Positions 31,022-41,683 of a stretch of 64,000 bases of DNA are shown piece after piece. The notes beneath the pieces are model-generated. The model did no database searches, had not been told where the DNA came from, and saw only the letters and a list, made by a program, of their open reading frames with translations. Source of the DNA: Candidatus Dormiibacterota bacterium (GTDB lineage Bacteria > Chloroflexota > Dormibacteria > Aeolococcales > Aeolococcaceae); NCBI GenBank assembly GCA_036828955.1, contig DAISRJ010000002.1, positions 9,342 through 73,341 on the forward strand. The letters run 5' to 3'. A program made the position numbers and the translations under genes. The number at the start of each line of letters is the position of its first letter. The first letter of the stretch is position 1.

Positions 31022-32125
31022 ATGACTGGTCACTTCAGCAACTTCCTGGCTGCTCACGCCGAGCGGGTCGCCGACGTCGTGCGCCGCACCGGGGCCGAGC
31101 AGGAGGCGAGCGGGTCAACCGACGGAGATCGTGGTCCACGGCAGTTCATCAACGCGGTTCTGCTCGCCATCACCGCCGACGATCTGCGCCCCCTGACCGC
31201 CTTCTTCGCCCTGGGCGGCGAGAAGCCGGCAGGCATCGGGGTTCGCCTCGAGGCAGCCCTGGCACGGTTGGGCGCGCTGCGCCGCGCGGCGGTGGCGGTG
31301 GCCGCCGAAGAGCTGAACGCCGCCGACCAGGTCGCGTTGTCGGCCGAGGCCGCCGATGAGACGGGGTTGGTCGGACAGCGGCTCGCCGCCTCGGTCACGT
31401 CCGTACTGGCGGGGAGGCTCAACGCCGTGACCTCGTCGAGCAGCGCGCGCGGCACCTCGATGAGCATCACCATGCACGAGCTGCGCCGCCCTCTCACCAT
31501 CCTCAACAGCTACGGCCAGCTGCTCTCGACCGGCATGCTCGGACAGCTCCCCGAGACCGCCATGGTGGCGATCGAGGGGATCACGGCCAGCACCGAGATG
31601 ATGGTCCGCATGGTCAACGCCATCGCCGAGGTCTCCCGCCTGGAGGACCCCGATGACCAGCTCAACTTCGAGGTCATCTCCGTCGACGAGGTGGTCACGG
31701 GGGCTGTCGACCATGTCAGCATGGAGGCCAAGCTGCGCGACACCGTCATCGAGACCGACGTCGAACCCGGGGTGAACATCCGCGGCGACCGGCGACGCCT
31801 CACGCTGGCGCTGACCAACATGGTCGGCAACGCCGTCAAGCACGGCCCCCCCGGCTCCACCATCACAGTGCGCGCCTTCGGCGGCGACGACGGAGCCCAC
31901 TTTTTGGTCCGCGACCAGGGTCAGGGCTTTCCCAACGAGGACGCCGGCCACCTCTTCGACAAGTACTTCCGCTCTGTGGCGGAGCGGCAGCGCAAGGTGC
32001 CCGGGAGCGGGCTCGGGCTGTTCATCGTGAAGACCGTGGCGCTGCGCCACAATGGACAGGTCTTCGCGCGCTCGGCGCCCGGCGACGGCGCGGAGTTCGA
32101 GATGATCATCCCCAGCCAGCAGTAG
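31022..32125 (+). CDS. Cytoplasmic sensor histidine kinase (HisKA + HATPase_c), orphan
   Basis: H-box MHELRRPLTILNSY, N-box NMVGNAVKHG and G-boxes. No TM helix, and the roughly 150-aa N-terminus matches nothing I recognise. Confidence 0.8.
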   Translation: MTGHFSNFLAAHAERVADVVRRTGAEQEASGSTDGDRGPRQFINAVLLAITADDLRPLTAFFALGGEKPAGIGVRLEAALARLGALRRAAVAVAAEELNAADQVALSAEAADETGLVGQRLAASVTSVLAGRLNAVTSSSSARGTSMSITMHELRRPLTILNSYGQLLSTGMLGQLPETAMVAIEGITASTEMMVRMVNAIAEVSRLEDPDDQLNFEVISVDEVVTGAVDHVSMEAKLRDTVIETDVEPGVNIRGDRRRLTLALTNMVGNAVKHGPPGSTITVRAFGGDDGAHFLVRDQGQGFPNEDAGHLFDKYFRSVAERQRKVPGSGLGLFIVKTVALRHNGQVFARSAPGDGAEFEMIIPSQQ

Positions 32126-32168
32126 AAGGGGCGGCGGCCGGCGCTGCGCCACCCGCGGAGCGCCAGCC

Positions 32169-33587
<1,419 letters not shown>

Positions 33588-33590
33588 CCT

Positions 33591-34466
33591 TCAGGGGCTG
33601 AGGCCGAAGTGCTCGAGCACGTCGGCGACGCCGGCCTCGCCCGGGGTGGCGCAGCGGGCGTCGGCCACCGCGACCACCTCGGGGCGGGCGGTGCGCACCA
33701 CCACCCCGCAGCCGGCGGCGGCGAGCATCTCGCGGTCATTGGGGGCATCGCCGACGGCCACGGCGTCGCCCAACGAGAGGCCGAGGCGGGCACACACCAG
33801 CTCGACCGCCCGCGCCTTGTTGATACGCGGGCTGATCACCTCGACGAACCACTCCATGGAGCGGGTCACCCTGGCTTCCTGCCCCAAGCCGTCGGTCAGG
33901 GCCTCGACGCAGGCATCGACGATGGCCGGGTCCTCGCTGACACACACGATCTTGGTCGTCCCCTTGCTGACAACAGTGTCCAGATCCTCGACGAAGTTGA
34001 TGGGCACCTGGGCGATGCGTGCGTAGAGGTGTGCCTCGGGACGGTCCTGCTCGCAGAAGAGCCTGTCGTCGCTGTATGCCTGCACATGCCAGCCGTGGGC
34101 ACGCGCGATGGCGATGGTGGCGCGCGCGACGGAGGCCGAGAGGCCCTCCTCGAAAAGCACCTCGCCGCCGCCCGGCTCACGCACCACCGCTCCCTGGTAG
34201 CACACCAGCGGCTGGGTCACACGCAGCTCGCGGGCCCACGGGAGAGCCGAGCTGTACATGCGCCCGGTGGCGAGGATGACCGGCACCCTCTCCGTGGCGG
34301 CGCGGACTGCGGCGCGCGCCCGGGGCTGGAGCACGAGGTCGTTGTCGATCAGGGTGCCGTCGATGTCGAGGACGGCGACGCGCGGTGTGAACGTGATCGG
34401 CAGGTCGGCGATCAGCGGCGGCTCCGCCGCCGCGCTGGTCGACGGCCCTCCAGGGACGTCGCTCAC
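33591..34466 (-). CDS. HAD-superfamily hydrolase, Cof-like (subfamily IIB)
   Basis: Motif I VAVLDIDGTLID, motif III K, motif IV GDAPNDREM. GTG start inferred at the GTGA overlap with the upstream stop. The Arg-rich N-terminus of track ORF 33591..34634 is rejected. Confidence 0.7.
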   Translation of the reverse strand: MSDVPGGPSTSAAAEPPLIADLPITFTPRVAVLDIDGTLIDNDLVLQPRARAAVRAATERVPVILATGRMYSSALPWARELRVTQPLVCYQGAVVREPGGGEVLFEEGLSASVARATIAIARAHGWHVQAYSDDRLFCEQDRPEAHLYARIAQVPINFVEDLDTVVSKGTTKIVCVSEDPAIVDACVEALTDGLGQEARVTRSMEWFVEVISPRINKARAVELVCARLGLSLGDAVAVGDAPNDREMLAAAGCGVVVRTARPEVVAVADARCATPGEAGVADVLEHFGLSP

Positions 34467-35413
34467 CAGACCGGCGGCGGCGGTGCCGACTCCCAGACGG
34501 ACGGGTTGATGCAGTTGCCGGGTCGCCGGCCGTCGAGGGCGTCGAGTGCGTTCTGGGCGGTGAGTCGTGCCATGGCCGCGCGCGTGGCCACGGTGGCGCT
34601 GCCGAGGTGCGGCGAGAGAACAGCGTTGCGGCACTCGCCCAGACCGGGAGCGAGCACGGGTTCGTTCTCGTAGACGTCGAGCCCGGCGCCGCCGATCCAG
34701 CCCTCCCGGAGGGCGCGCACGAGCGCGGTCTCGTCGATGACGGGGCCCCGCGAGGTGTTGACGAGCACAGCGGTGCTGCGCATCGAACGCAGCGCGCTCT
34801 CGTTGATGAGGTGGTGCGTGGCGTCTGTGAGGGGGACGTGCAGGGAGACCACGTCGGCGGTGCTGATGAGCCGGCGCAACGGCATCTCGGTCACCCTGCC
34901 GCTGAGGTCGTCGTCGATGACGACGGCCACGTCTGTGGCGTAGGCGACGCGCATGCCGAAGCCCAGGGCGCGGCGCGCGACCGCCTGGCCGATGCGGCCG
35001 AAGCCGACCACGCCGAGAAGCGCGTCGGTCAGCTCCATGCCCAGCATGTAGCCGGGCTCCCAGCCTTCGAAGGCTCCCGCGCGCACGGCGGCGTCGCCCT
35101 CGCAGATGCGCCGCGTGGCGGCGAGGAGAAGCGCCATGGTGCAGTCGGCGGTGGCGTCGGTGAGCACGCCTGGCGTGTTGCTGACGGCGATCTCCCGCGC
35201 CGTGGCCGCCTCGACGTCGACGTTGTTGTAGCCGACGGCGTAGAGGGAGACGCAGCGCAGGCGGGGCAACCCGGCGTCGAGGACCGCGGCTGTGATGGGG
35301 TCGCCCAACTGTGGGCAGAGGACTTCGACGGGGGCGGCCCGGAGCTGGTCGATCAGCTGCGACGTCGCCGGGATCCGGCCCAACACCGACAGCGTGGCGC
35401 GGGGACGCACCAT
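34463..35413 (-). CDS. D-isomer-specific 2-hydroxyacid dehydrogenase (glyoxylate/hydroxypyruvate reductase-like)
   Basis: NAD-binding GVVGFGRIGQAVARR and the catalytic R...E...H triad region. Start chosen at MVRPRATLSVLG, about 316 aa. Confidence 0.8.
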   Translation of the reverse strand: MVRPRATLSVLGRIPATSQLIDQLRAAPVEVLCPQLGDPITAAVLDAGLPRLRCVSLYAVGYNNVDVEAATAREIAVSNTPGVLTDATADCTMALLLAATRRICEGDAAVRAGAFEGWEPGYMLGMELTDALLGVVGFGRIGQAVARRALGFGMRVAYATDVAVVIDDDLSGRVTEMPLRRLISTADVVSLHVPLTDATHHLINESALRSMRSTAVLVNTSRGPVIDETALVRALREGWIGGAGLDVYENEPVLAPGLGECRNAVLSPHLGSATVATRAAMARLTAQNALDALDGRRPGNCINPSVWESAPPPPVW

Positions 35414-35520
35414 CTCCTCGAAGGGCGCGGGCAGGGACAGCGTGCAGAGGACGTCGGCCACCGCCTCGATTCTAGTGGCGGGGCACGGGTCGTCGAAGCG
35501 GCACCGTCGAGTACCATTGT

Positions 35521-36774
35521 GTGGTCTTGCGTTCATCCTCTCGCGTGCGGTCGCACAGACCGCCCGTCGCAAGGCCCCGTCCCGCCGCCTTCGGCGTTGA
35601 TGACGCGGCCGCGACAGAACCGGTTCAACAGTCCGCTCCCTTCGAAGAGCTGGGGCTCAGTGCCGCCATGCTGACCACCGTCGGCGAGATGGGGTTCACG
35701 ATCGCCACGCCCATACAGGCGGCGGCGATCCCGCCCGCTCTGCGCGGCCAGGACGTCATCGGCCAGGCGCACACGGGCAGCGGCAAGACGGCCGCGTTCG
35801 GCATCCCCATCATCGAGCAGCTCGACCCACGGAAGGGGTCGGTGCAGGCGCTCATCCTCTGCCCCACGCGCGAGCTCGCCGTCCAGGTCGAGGAGGACAT
35901 CACCGTGCTTGCGGCGCGCCACCAGATCTCGTCGGTGGCCATCTACGGTGGCGACTCGATGGGCCGCCAGCTCGAGGCCCTGCGCGCCGGCGCGCACATC
36001 GTCGTGGCCACGCCGGGCCGCCTCGCCGACCACATCCAGCGCCGCTCACTCTCCCTGGCGCGGGTGCGCTTCGCGGTGCTCGACGAGGCCGACCGGATGC
36101 TCGACATGGGTTTCGCGCCCGACGTCGAGAAGATCCTCCGCCAATGCCCGGTCGACAGGCAGACCATGCTGTTCAGCGCGACCATGCCGGAATGGGTGCG
36201 GCGCCTCGCGCTGCGCCACATGCGCAACCCGGTCACGGTGGCCATCAGCGCGCGCCCGGAGATCGCGGCCGGCGTCCGCCAGCTCTACGTGCAGACGACG
36301 TGGGCCGACAAGGTCGACGTGATGATGCGCATCCTCGACCAGCCCGATGTGGTCATGTCGCTCATCTTCGTCGAGACCAAGCGGACGGCCGACCTGCTCC
36401 AGGCACAGCTCGAACGACGCGGCCAGAGTGTCGGCCTGCTCCACGGCGACCTCACCCAGAAGGAACGCAACGCCGCCATGGCGGCATTCGTGGCCACCCA
36501 TGTGAAACACCTCATCGCTACCAACGTCGCCGCCCGCGGGCTGGACATCGACGACATCTCCCACGTCATCAACTACGACGTGCCGACGACGCCGGACGAG
36601 TACCTCCACCGCGTCGGGCGCACCGCCAGGGCCGGTCGCACAGGCGTGGCCATCACCCTGATCACCCCCAGCGAGATCCTCAAGCTGCGCGACGTCGAGA
36701 AGCACGCCCGCACCACAATCGAGGCAGCCAGCCTCGAGGACTTCCCCGTGCAGCCGGCGCCGGCGACCAGCTGA
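35521..36774 (+). CDS. DEAD-box ATP-dependent RNA helicase
   Basis: Q motif, AHTGSGKT, DEAD (VLDEADRML), SAT and HRVGRTARAG. Confidence 0.85.
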   Translation: MVLRSSSRVRSHRPPVARPRPAAFGVDDAAATEPVQQSAPFEELGLSAAMLTTVGEMGFTIATPIQAAAIPPALRGQDVIGQAHTGSGKTAAFGIPIIEQLDPRKGSVQALILCPTRELAVQVEEDITVLAARHQISSVAIYGGDSMGRQLEALRAGAHIVVATPGRLADHIQRRSLSLARVRFAVLDEADRMLDMGFAPDVEKILRQCPVDRQTMLFSATMPEWVRRLALRHMRNPVTVAISARPEIAAGVRQLYVQTTWADKVDVMMRILDQPDVVMSLIFVETKRTADLLQAQLERRGQSVGLLHGDLTQKERNAAMAAFVATHVKHLIATNVAARGLDIDDISHVINYDVPTTPDEYLHRVGRTARAGRTGVAITLITPSEILKLRDVEKHARTTIEAASLEDFPVQPAPATS

Positions 36775-36808
36775 CGCACGGCGTTCGCGCGTCGGCTACT
36801 GTCGGCCC

Positions 36809-37588
36809 GTGAGCGCACCCCACATCCACGACAGCGGCGAGGGACCGGTGCTCCTCCTGCTTCATGCATTTCCTCTCGACGCCTCGCAGTGGGACGCACA
36901 GGTGGCCGCGCTGAGTGGCCGGTATCGCTGCCTGCGCCCCGACTTCTGGGGATGCGGCGCGTCACCCCCACCTCCAGCGGGCGTCACCGTCGACAGCTAC
37001 ATCGCCGCTGTGCTCGGCGCGCTCGGCGCGCTCGGTGTCGACGATTTCTCGGTGTGCGGGGTCTCCATGGGCGGGTACATGTGCTTCTCGCTGTTGCGCC
37101 AGGCGCGCCCCCGGGTGCGCTCCGTGGCGCTGGTCAACACGCGCGCGGCCGCAGACGGCGACCTGGCGCTGGCCGCCCGCGCGGCCATGGTCAGCGAGGT
37201 GCGCGCGGGCGGCGTCGAGGCGATCGTGGAGGCCATGACCGGGCGCCTGCTCTGCGCGCAGTGCCGCGGGGAGTCGCACATCGCTGACCCCGTGCGCGGA
37301 CGCATCCGCCGCTGCAGCGCCGACGGCGTCCTCACAGCGATCGCGGCGATCGCCGGCCGTCCCGACAGCAGCGCCATGCTCAACGGCATCGACGTTCCCA
37401 CCCTGGTGGTGTGCGGCAGCGCCGACGTCATCGTGCCCATCGACGAGTCGCGCGCCATGGCGGCGGCGATCCCGCACGCCGTCGTCGAGGAGTTCGACGG
37501 CGCCGCTCACCTCGCCAACCTCGAGCAGCCGGCTCGGTTCTCGGCCGTGCTCGGTGATTTCCTGGACATGCACACGGCGTCCGGCTGA
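36809..37588 (+). CDS. Alpha/beta-fold hydrolase
   Basis: Nucleophile elbow GVSMGG, 259 aa. Confidence 0.8.
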   Translation: MSAPHIHDSGEGPVLLLLHAFPLDASQWDAQVAALSGRYRCLRPDFWGCGASPPPPAGVTVDSYIAAVLGALGALGVDDFSVCGVSMGGYMCFSLLRQARPRVRSVALVNTRAAADGDLALAARAAMVSEVRAGGVEAIVEAMTGRLLCAQCRGESHIADPVRGRIRRCSADGVLTAIAAIAGRPDSSAMLNGIDVPTLVVCGSADVIVPIDESRAMAAAIPHAVVEEFDGAAHLANLEQPARFSAVLGDFLDMHTASG

Positions 37589-37612
37589 GCACCGGCCTCA
37601 CCCGGTGCCGGT

Positions 37613-38830
37613 TCAGAACTTGTGGTTCAGCCACGGCCGCGGCGACCACGTGAACATGGCCGTGGCCGAGGCAACGGCACCACGTCGCAGTTCCTCGACG
37701 AGGCCCGCACGGTGGAGGGCGGCAACGCTCGTGTCGCCGAGGAACGCGGACGCGAGGGATGCGGCGTCGAGCAGAAGACCGGCGGGCTCCTGTGTCCTCG
37801 ACACCGCGGCGTCATCCCGGCCGCCGTCGAGCCGGTAGCGGCCCGCGATGTCAGGGCAGGCAGGGTCGCTCACCTCGATGACGACGGACCCATCGCACGA
37901 GTAGCGCCGCGCCTTCAGCATCGCCGCTACGTCGACGACGCGCAGGTGGAGGTCGTCGCGGGTCGCGGTGCGCAGCCGCCGCGGGTCGGCGAGGAGGTGC
38001 TGGATGGGGTCGTCAGGCCAGAACCGCTCCATGCGCAGGTGCTCGGAGAGGTCCATGGTGAGCACGTGCTGCCAGAGGGCGAGGTGTGCGTCGAGGTTGA
38101 GCGCGGTGAGCTCCTTGACGTGGACGACGCCGTCGGCGAGCTCATCGGTCCAGCGCTCCTCCAGGCGGTAGACGACAAAGCCGTCGACATCTCCGGCAGC
38201 GCCGACATGGACAACCAGTTGCCCCGGCCCTGTCTCACCCCTGGGCGTGGCGTCGGTGACGGCGATGCGCCGCCAGTAGGCCTCCGAGCGCCCGATGCCG
38301 CCGACGCGGTCCGGCTGCCGGCTCTCGACATCGCGCAGGGTCGCTATCGAGGTGTCCAATGACTGGAAGCGCAGCCTGCCCGGGTCGCGGAACGGTGCGC
38401 GGAGGGCGGCGTGGGCGGTGACCATCTCGGCGGTGCAGATGTGGGTGGCCACGCCGTAGCCGAAACGACGGTAGATCGAACTCTCCGAGGCACCCAGGCC
38501 GAGCAACCCGACACCGCGCTCGCGAGCGCTCTCCAGGCAGTGGGTCATCATGGCTCGAAGCGCGCCGCGGCGGCGGGCGGTGGCCGACACCCCCACCCAG
38601 GTCACCCCGTCCATGGCAACCCACTGGCCGCCGGGCAGGCTCAGCCGGAAGTCGATGACCGCGGCTGCGCCGATGTCGGCGCCGCCGGCCCGCGCCAGCA
38701 CGGCTCGGTCGAGCACCTTGGACACCAGTTCCATGGCCGGTTCGGGCGCGCCGCCCCAGAACCCGTGAGCGATCTCGACGAATCGGTCCATCTCGTCGGA
38801 CCGCACCTCGGCGATCTCCACTGTGCTCAT
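37613..38830 (-). CDS. eis: Eis-like GNAT acetyltransferase (GNAT + SCP2-like C-terminal domain)
   Basis: Start at MSTVEIAEVRSDEMDRF, about 406 aa, with Eis-type tripartite architecture. The upstream 57 aa of the track ORF are rejected. Confidence 0.8.
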   Translation of the reverse strand: MSTVEIAEVRSDEMDRFVEIAHGFWGGAPEPAMELVSKVLDRAVLARAGGADIGAAAVIDFRLSLPGGQWVAMDGVTWVGVSATARRRGALRAMMTHCLESARERGVGLLGLGASESSIYRRFGYGVATHICTAEMVTAHAALRAPFRDPGRLRFQSLDTSIATLRDVESRQPDRVGGIGRSEAYWRRIAVTDATPRGETGPGQLVVHVGAAGDVDGFVVYRLEERWTDELADGVVHVKELTALNLDAHLALWQHVLTMDLSEHLRMERFWPDDPIQHLLADPRRLRTATRDDLHLRVVDVAAMLKARRYSCDGSVVIEVSDPACPDIAGRYRLDGGRDDAAVSRTQEPAGLLLDAASLASAFLGDTSVAALHRAGLVEELRRGAVASATAMFTWSPRPWLNHKF

Positions 38831-38873
38831 CGACGCCAGATCATAGGCGCCGTGCCCGCCGCGTCCGAGAGTG

Positions 38874-40061
38874 TCAGACGCGCGCGGCGACGGCCTCCGT
38901 GGCGACACCGGCGGGAACCATGCAGAAGTTCTCGTAGTCGATGGGCTCAGTGATGGTGGGGTTCTCGCCGCACACGGGGCAGTCCGGGTCACGCGGGACA
39001 CGGAACTCGCGGAAGCGCATGTCGAGCGCGTCGATGTGCAGCAGCCGGCCGGTCAGGGGCTCGCCGATGCCCATGATCAGCTTGACCACCTCGGTGGCCT
39101 GGAGGATGCCGACGATGCCCGGGAGCACGCCGAGGACGCCCGCCTCCGCGCACGATGGAGCCTCCTCCGGTGGCGGCGGTGATGGGTAACGGCACCGGTA
39201 GCAGGGCGACGCGAACGGGATCACCGTTGTCACCTGGCCCTCGAATCGGAAGATGCCACCGTCCACGAGCGGCTTGCGCGCGAAGAGCGCGACGTCGTTG
39301 GCGAGGTAGCGGGTGGGGAAGTTGTCGCAGCCGTTGACGATGATGTCGTACTGGTCGAACAGCCCACGGGCGTTGTCCGAGTTGAGCATCTCGTTGTGCT
39401 GAACCACACGCACGTCGCTGTTGAGTGCCTCGATGGCGATGCGCGCCGACTCCGTCTTGCGCATGCCGACACGGTCCCGCGTGTGGATGATCTGACGCTG
39501 GAGGTTGGACTCGTCGACGATGTCGAAGTCCACGAGGCCGATCGTGCCCACGCCGGCGGCGGCGAGGTACAGGGCCGCCGGGCTGCCCAAGCCACCGGCG
39601 CCGATGAGGAGCACCTTGGCGTCGAGGAGCTTGGCCTGGCCCTCCTCACCCACCTCGGGGATGAGCAGATGGCGGTTGTAGCGCCGCTTCTGGTCTGCGC
39701 TGAGCAGGCGAGGCACATCGAAATCGAAGCCCGCCTGCTTCCAGCCGTTGAAACCGCCGCTCATGGAGCGCACGTCGTTGTAGCCGAGCTCATGCAGGGC
39801 ACGGGCGGCCAGCAACGAGCGCGTCCCGCCGGCGCAATACAGGGTGATCGGCGTGTCCTTGCCGGGAACGCGGTCCTCGATCTGCACCTCGATGAACCCC
39901 TTGCTGAGGTGGAGCGCACCCGGAATGTGGCCCTCCTCGAATTCGCTGCGCTCGCGCACGTCGATGAGGGTGCGTGAGGATGCCGCCCGGGCGACCTGCG
40001 CGGGGGTCACTTCGGGGATGACGCGGCGGGCGTCGTCGAGGAGATCGCGAGAACTTGGCAT
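38874..40061 (-). CDS. Rhodanese-ThiF/MoeB fusion (MoeZ-like E1 adenylyltransferase with N-terminal rhodanese domain)
   Basis: N-terminal rhodanese with active-site loop LYCAGGTRS. ThiF domain with VLLIGAGGLGSPAALYLAAAGVG and C-terminal CYRC...CPVC zinc motif. The domain order is the reverse of canonical MoeZ/MOCS3. Confidence 0.85.
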   Translation of the reverse strand: MPSSRDLLDDARRVIPEVTPAQVARAASSRTLIDVRERSEFEEGHIPGALHLSKGFIEVQIEDRVPGKDTPITLYCAGGTRSLLAARALHELGYNDVRSMSGGFNGWKQAGFDFDVPRLLSADQKRRYNRHLLIPEVGEEGQAKLLDAKVLLIGAGGLGSPAALYLAAAGVGTIGLVDFDIVDESNLQRQIIHTRDRVGMRKTESARIAIEALNSDVRVVQHNEMLNSDNARGLFDQYDIIVNGCDNFPTRYLANDVALFARKPLVDGGIFRFEGQVTTVIPFASPCYRCRYPSPPPPEEAPSCAEAGVLGVLPGIVGILQATEVVKLIMGIGEPLTGRLLHIDALDMRFREFRVPRDPDCPVCGENPTITEPIDYENFCMVPAGVATEAVAARV

Positions 40062-40152
40062 GCCTGAATGTTACCCAATACCCGACCAATCCAGTCGTGA
40101 TTCAGGCCGCGACGGACGGCGGCCACCGCCCCGGCGCTCCTAGACTGCCGCC

Positions 40153-41661
40153 GTGATCGGACTTCTCGACCTCCTCCGTAGTGCCGGGGTGCTTCCCCGG
40201 GACGGCTCGGCCAGCGGCGCCGGCCTCGGGGTCAGCGCGGTGACCCAGGACTCACGCGACGCGGTCCCCGGGGCCCTCTTCGTGGCCGTGCCGGGGTTGC
40301 GCCAGGACGGTCATCGACACGCCGCAGCGGCCGTGCACCGCGGAGCCGTGGCGGTCGTGGCGGAGCGGCCCTTCGACCCGGCGCTGCCGGCCGACGTCGC
40401 CGTGGTGCTGGTCGACGACGCCCGGCGGGCCCTGAGCGCCTTGGCCTCCGCCTTCCACGGTCACCCGTCGCGGTCCCTGACCGTGGCCGGGATCACGGGC
40501 ACCGACGGCAAGACGACCACCTCAACGATGCTCTGGGCGGCGTGGCAGGCCGCCGGCTTCCGCACCGGCCTGATCTCGACGGTCGACTTCCGCGACGGCG
40601 AGACCGTGGTCGCCAACACCACCCGGCAGACCACCATGGAGGCCGTCGAGACCCATCGCCGCTTGGCCGCGCTGCGCGACGCGGGCTGTACGCACGTGGT
40701 TGTCGAGACGTCCTCGCACGGCCTGGAGATGCACCGCGTCGACGACGTCGACTACCGGCTGGCCGTGTACACGCGGGTCACCTCCGAGCACCTCGACGTG
40801 CACGGCGACCGCGACCGCTACCTCGCCGCCAAGGCGCGCCTGCTCGAGCTGGCCGGGTCCCGTCCGGACGGCATCGCTGTCCTCGACCGCGACGACGACT
40901 TCGCCTACCCCCGGCTGGCCTCGATGAAGGTGGCGACGCGCCTGACATACAGCGCCACCGGGGCCGCGGCCGACCTGGTGGCCGAGGAGGTGAGCGCCGG
41001 CCCACAGGGGGTGCGACTGCACGCGCGCACACCGTGGGGGGACGCCGCCATCGCCCTTCAGCTGGCCGGGCGATTCAACGCGGGAAACGCCCTGGCGGCA
41101 CTGGCGGCGGCATGCAGCACCGGGGCATCGCTCGAGGACGCCGTGGCGGGCATCACCGGGCTGGCGCGGGTCCATGGGCGCATGGAGCGCGTCGACGCGG
41201 GCCAGCCGTTCACCGTGGTCATCGACTACGCGCACACGGCCGACTCGCTGGAGAAGGTGCTCACCGAGCTGCGCGCCGCCACCACGGCACGGCTCTGGGT
41301 CGTCTTCGGTTCGGCCGGTGAGCGGGACGTGGCCAAGCGTCCGGTCATGGGCGCGGTGGCGGGCCGCCTCGCCGACCAGGTGGTGATCACCGACGAGGAC
41401 CCGCGCCACGAGGATCGGATGGCCATCTGCGAGCAGATCGCCGCGGGGGCGGAGCGCGCCGGGGCGAAGCGGAACGACACCCTCCACGTGATCCCCGAGC
41501 GGCGCGAGGCGATCGCCTTTGCGCTGCGAGGCGCCCGGGCAGGCGACACCGTGCTCTGCGCCGGCAAGGGACACGAGAGCTCGATCCAGTCCGGTGACGT
41601 GAGCCTGCCCTGGAACGAGCGCGACGCCATCCTGGCCGTGCTCAGCGACAGCCGGCGCTGA
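40153..41661 (+). CDS. Mur ligase family protein, MurE-like (UDP-MurNAc-tripeptide synthetase-like)
   Basis: GITGTDGKTTT P-loop, three-domain Mur ligase layout, 502 aa. It lies outside any dcw cluster in this window. Confidence 0.8.
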   Translation: MIGLLDLLRSAGVLPRDGSASGAGLGVSAVTQDSRDAVPGALFVAVPGLRQDGHRHAAAAVHRGAVAVVAERPFDPALPADVAVVLVDDARRALSALASAFHGHPSRSLTVAGITGTDGKTTTSTMLWAAWQAAGFRTGLISTVDFRDGETVVANTTRQTTMEAVETHRRLAALRDAGCTHVVVETSSHGLEMHRVDDVDYRLAVYTRVTSEHLDVHGDRDRYLAAKARLLELAGSRPDGIAVLDRDDDFAYPRLASMKVATRLTYSATGAAADLVAEEVSAGPQGVRLHARTPWGDAAIALQLAGRFNAGNALAALAAACSTGASLEDAVAGITGLARVHGRMERVDAGQPFTVVIDYAHTADSLEKVLTELRAATTARLWVVFGSAGERDVAKRPVMGAVAGRLADQVVITDEDPRHEDRMAICEQIAAGAERAGAKRNDTLHVIPERREAIAFALRGARAGDTVLCAGKGHESSIQSGDVSLPWNERDAILAVLSDSRR

Positions 41662-41683
41662 CCGCCAGGCACCCTGGGCGCCG

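Noticed and set aside
38874-40061. Interpreting the Rhd-ThiF + GNAT pair as a microcin-C-like MccB/MccE system
   Set aside because: MccB has an N-terminal peptide-clamp domain rather than a rhodanese. No short precursor-peptide ORF, MccD-like or exporter genes are adjacent. The rhodanese active-site Cys points to sulfur transfer.
40153-41661. Calling the Mur ligase MurT (lipid II amidation) or cyanophycin synthetase
   Set aside because: It has the full N-terminal MurE-type domain and P-loop GITGTDGKTTT and lacks a DUF1727 or ATP-grasp. No gatD-like gene is adjacent. Left as MurE-like.
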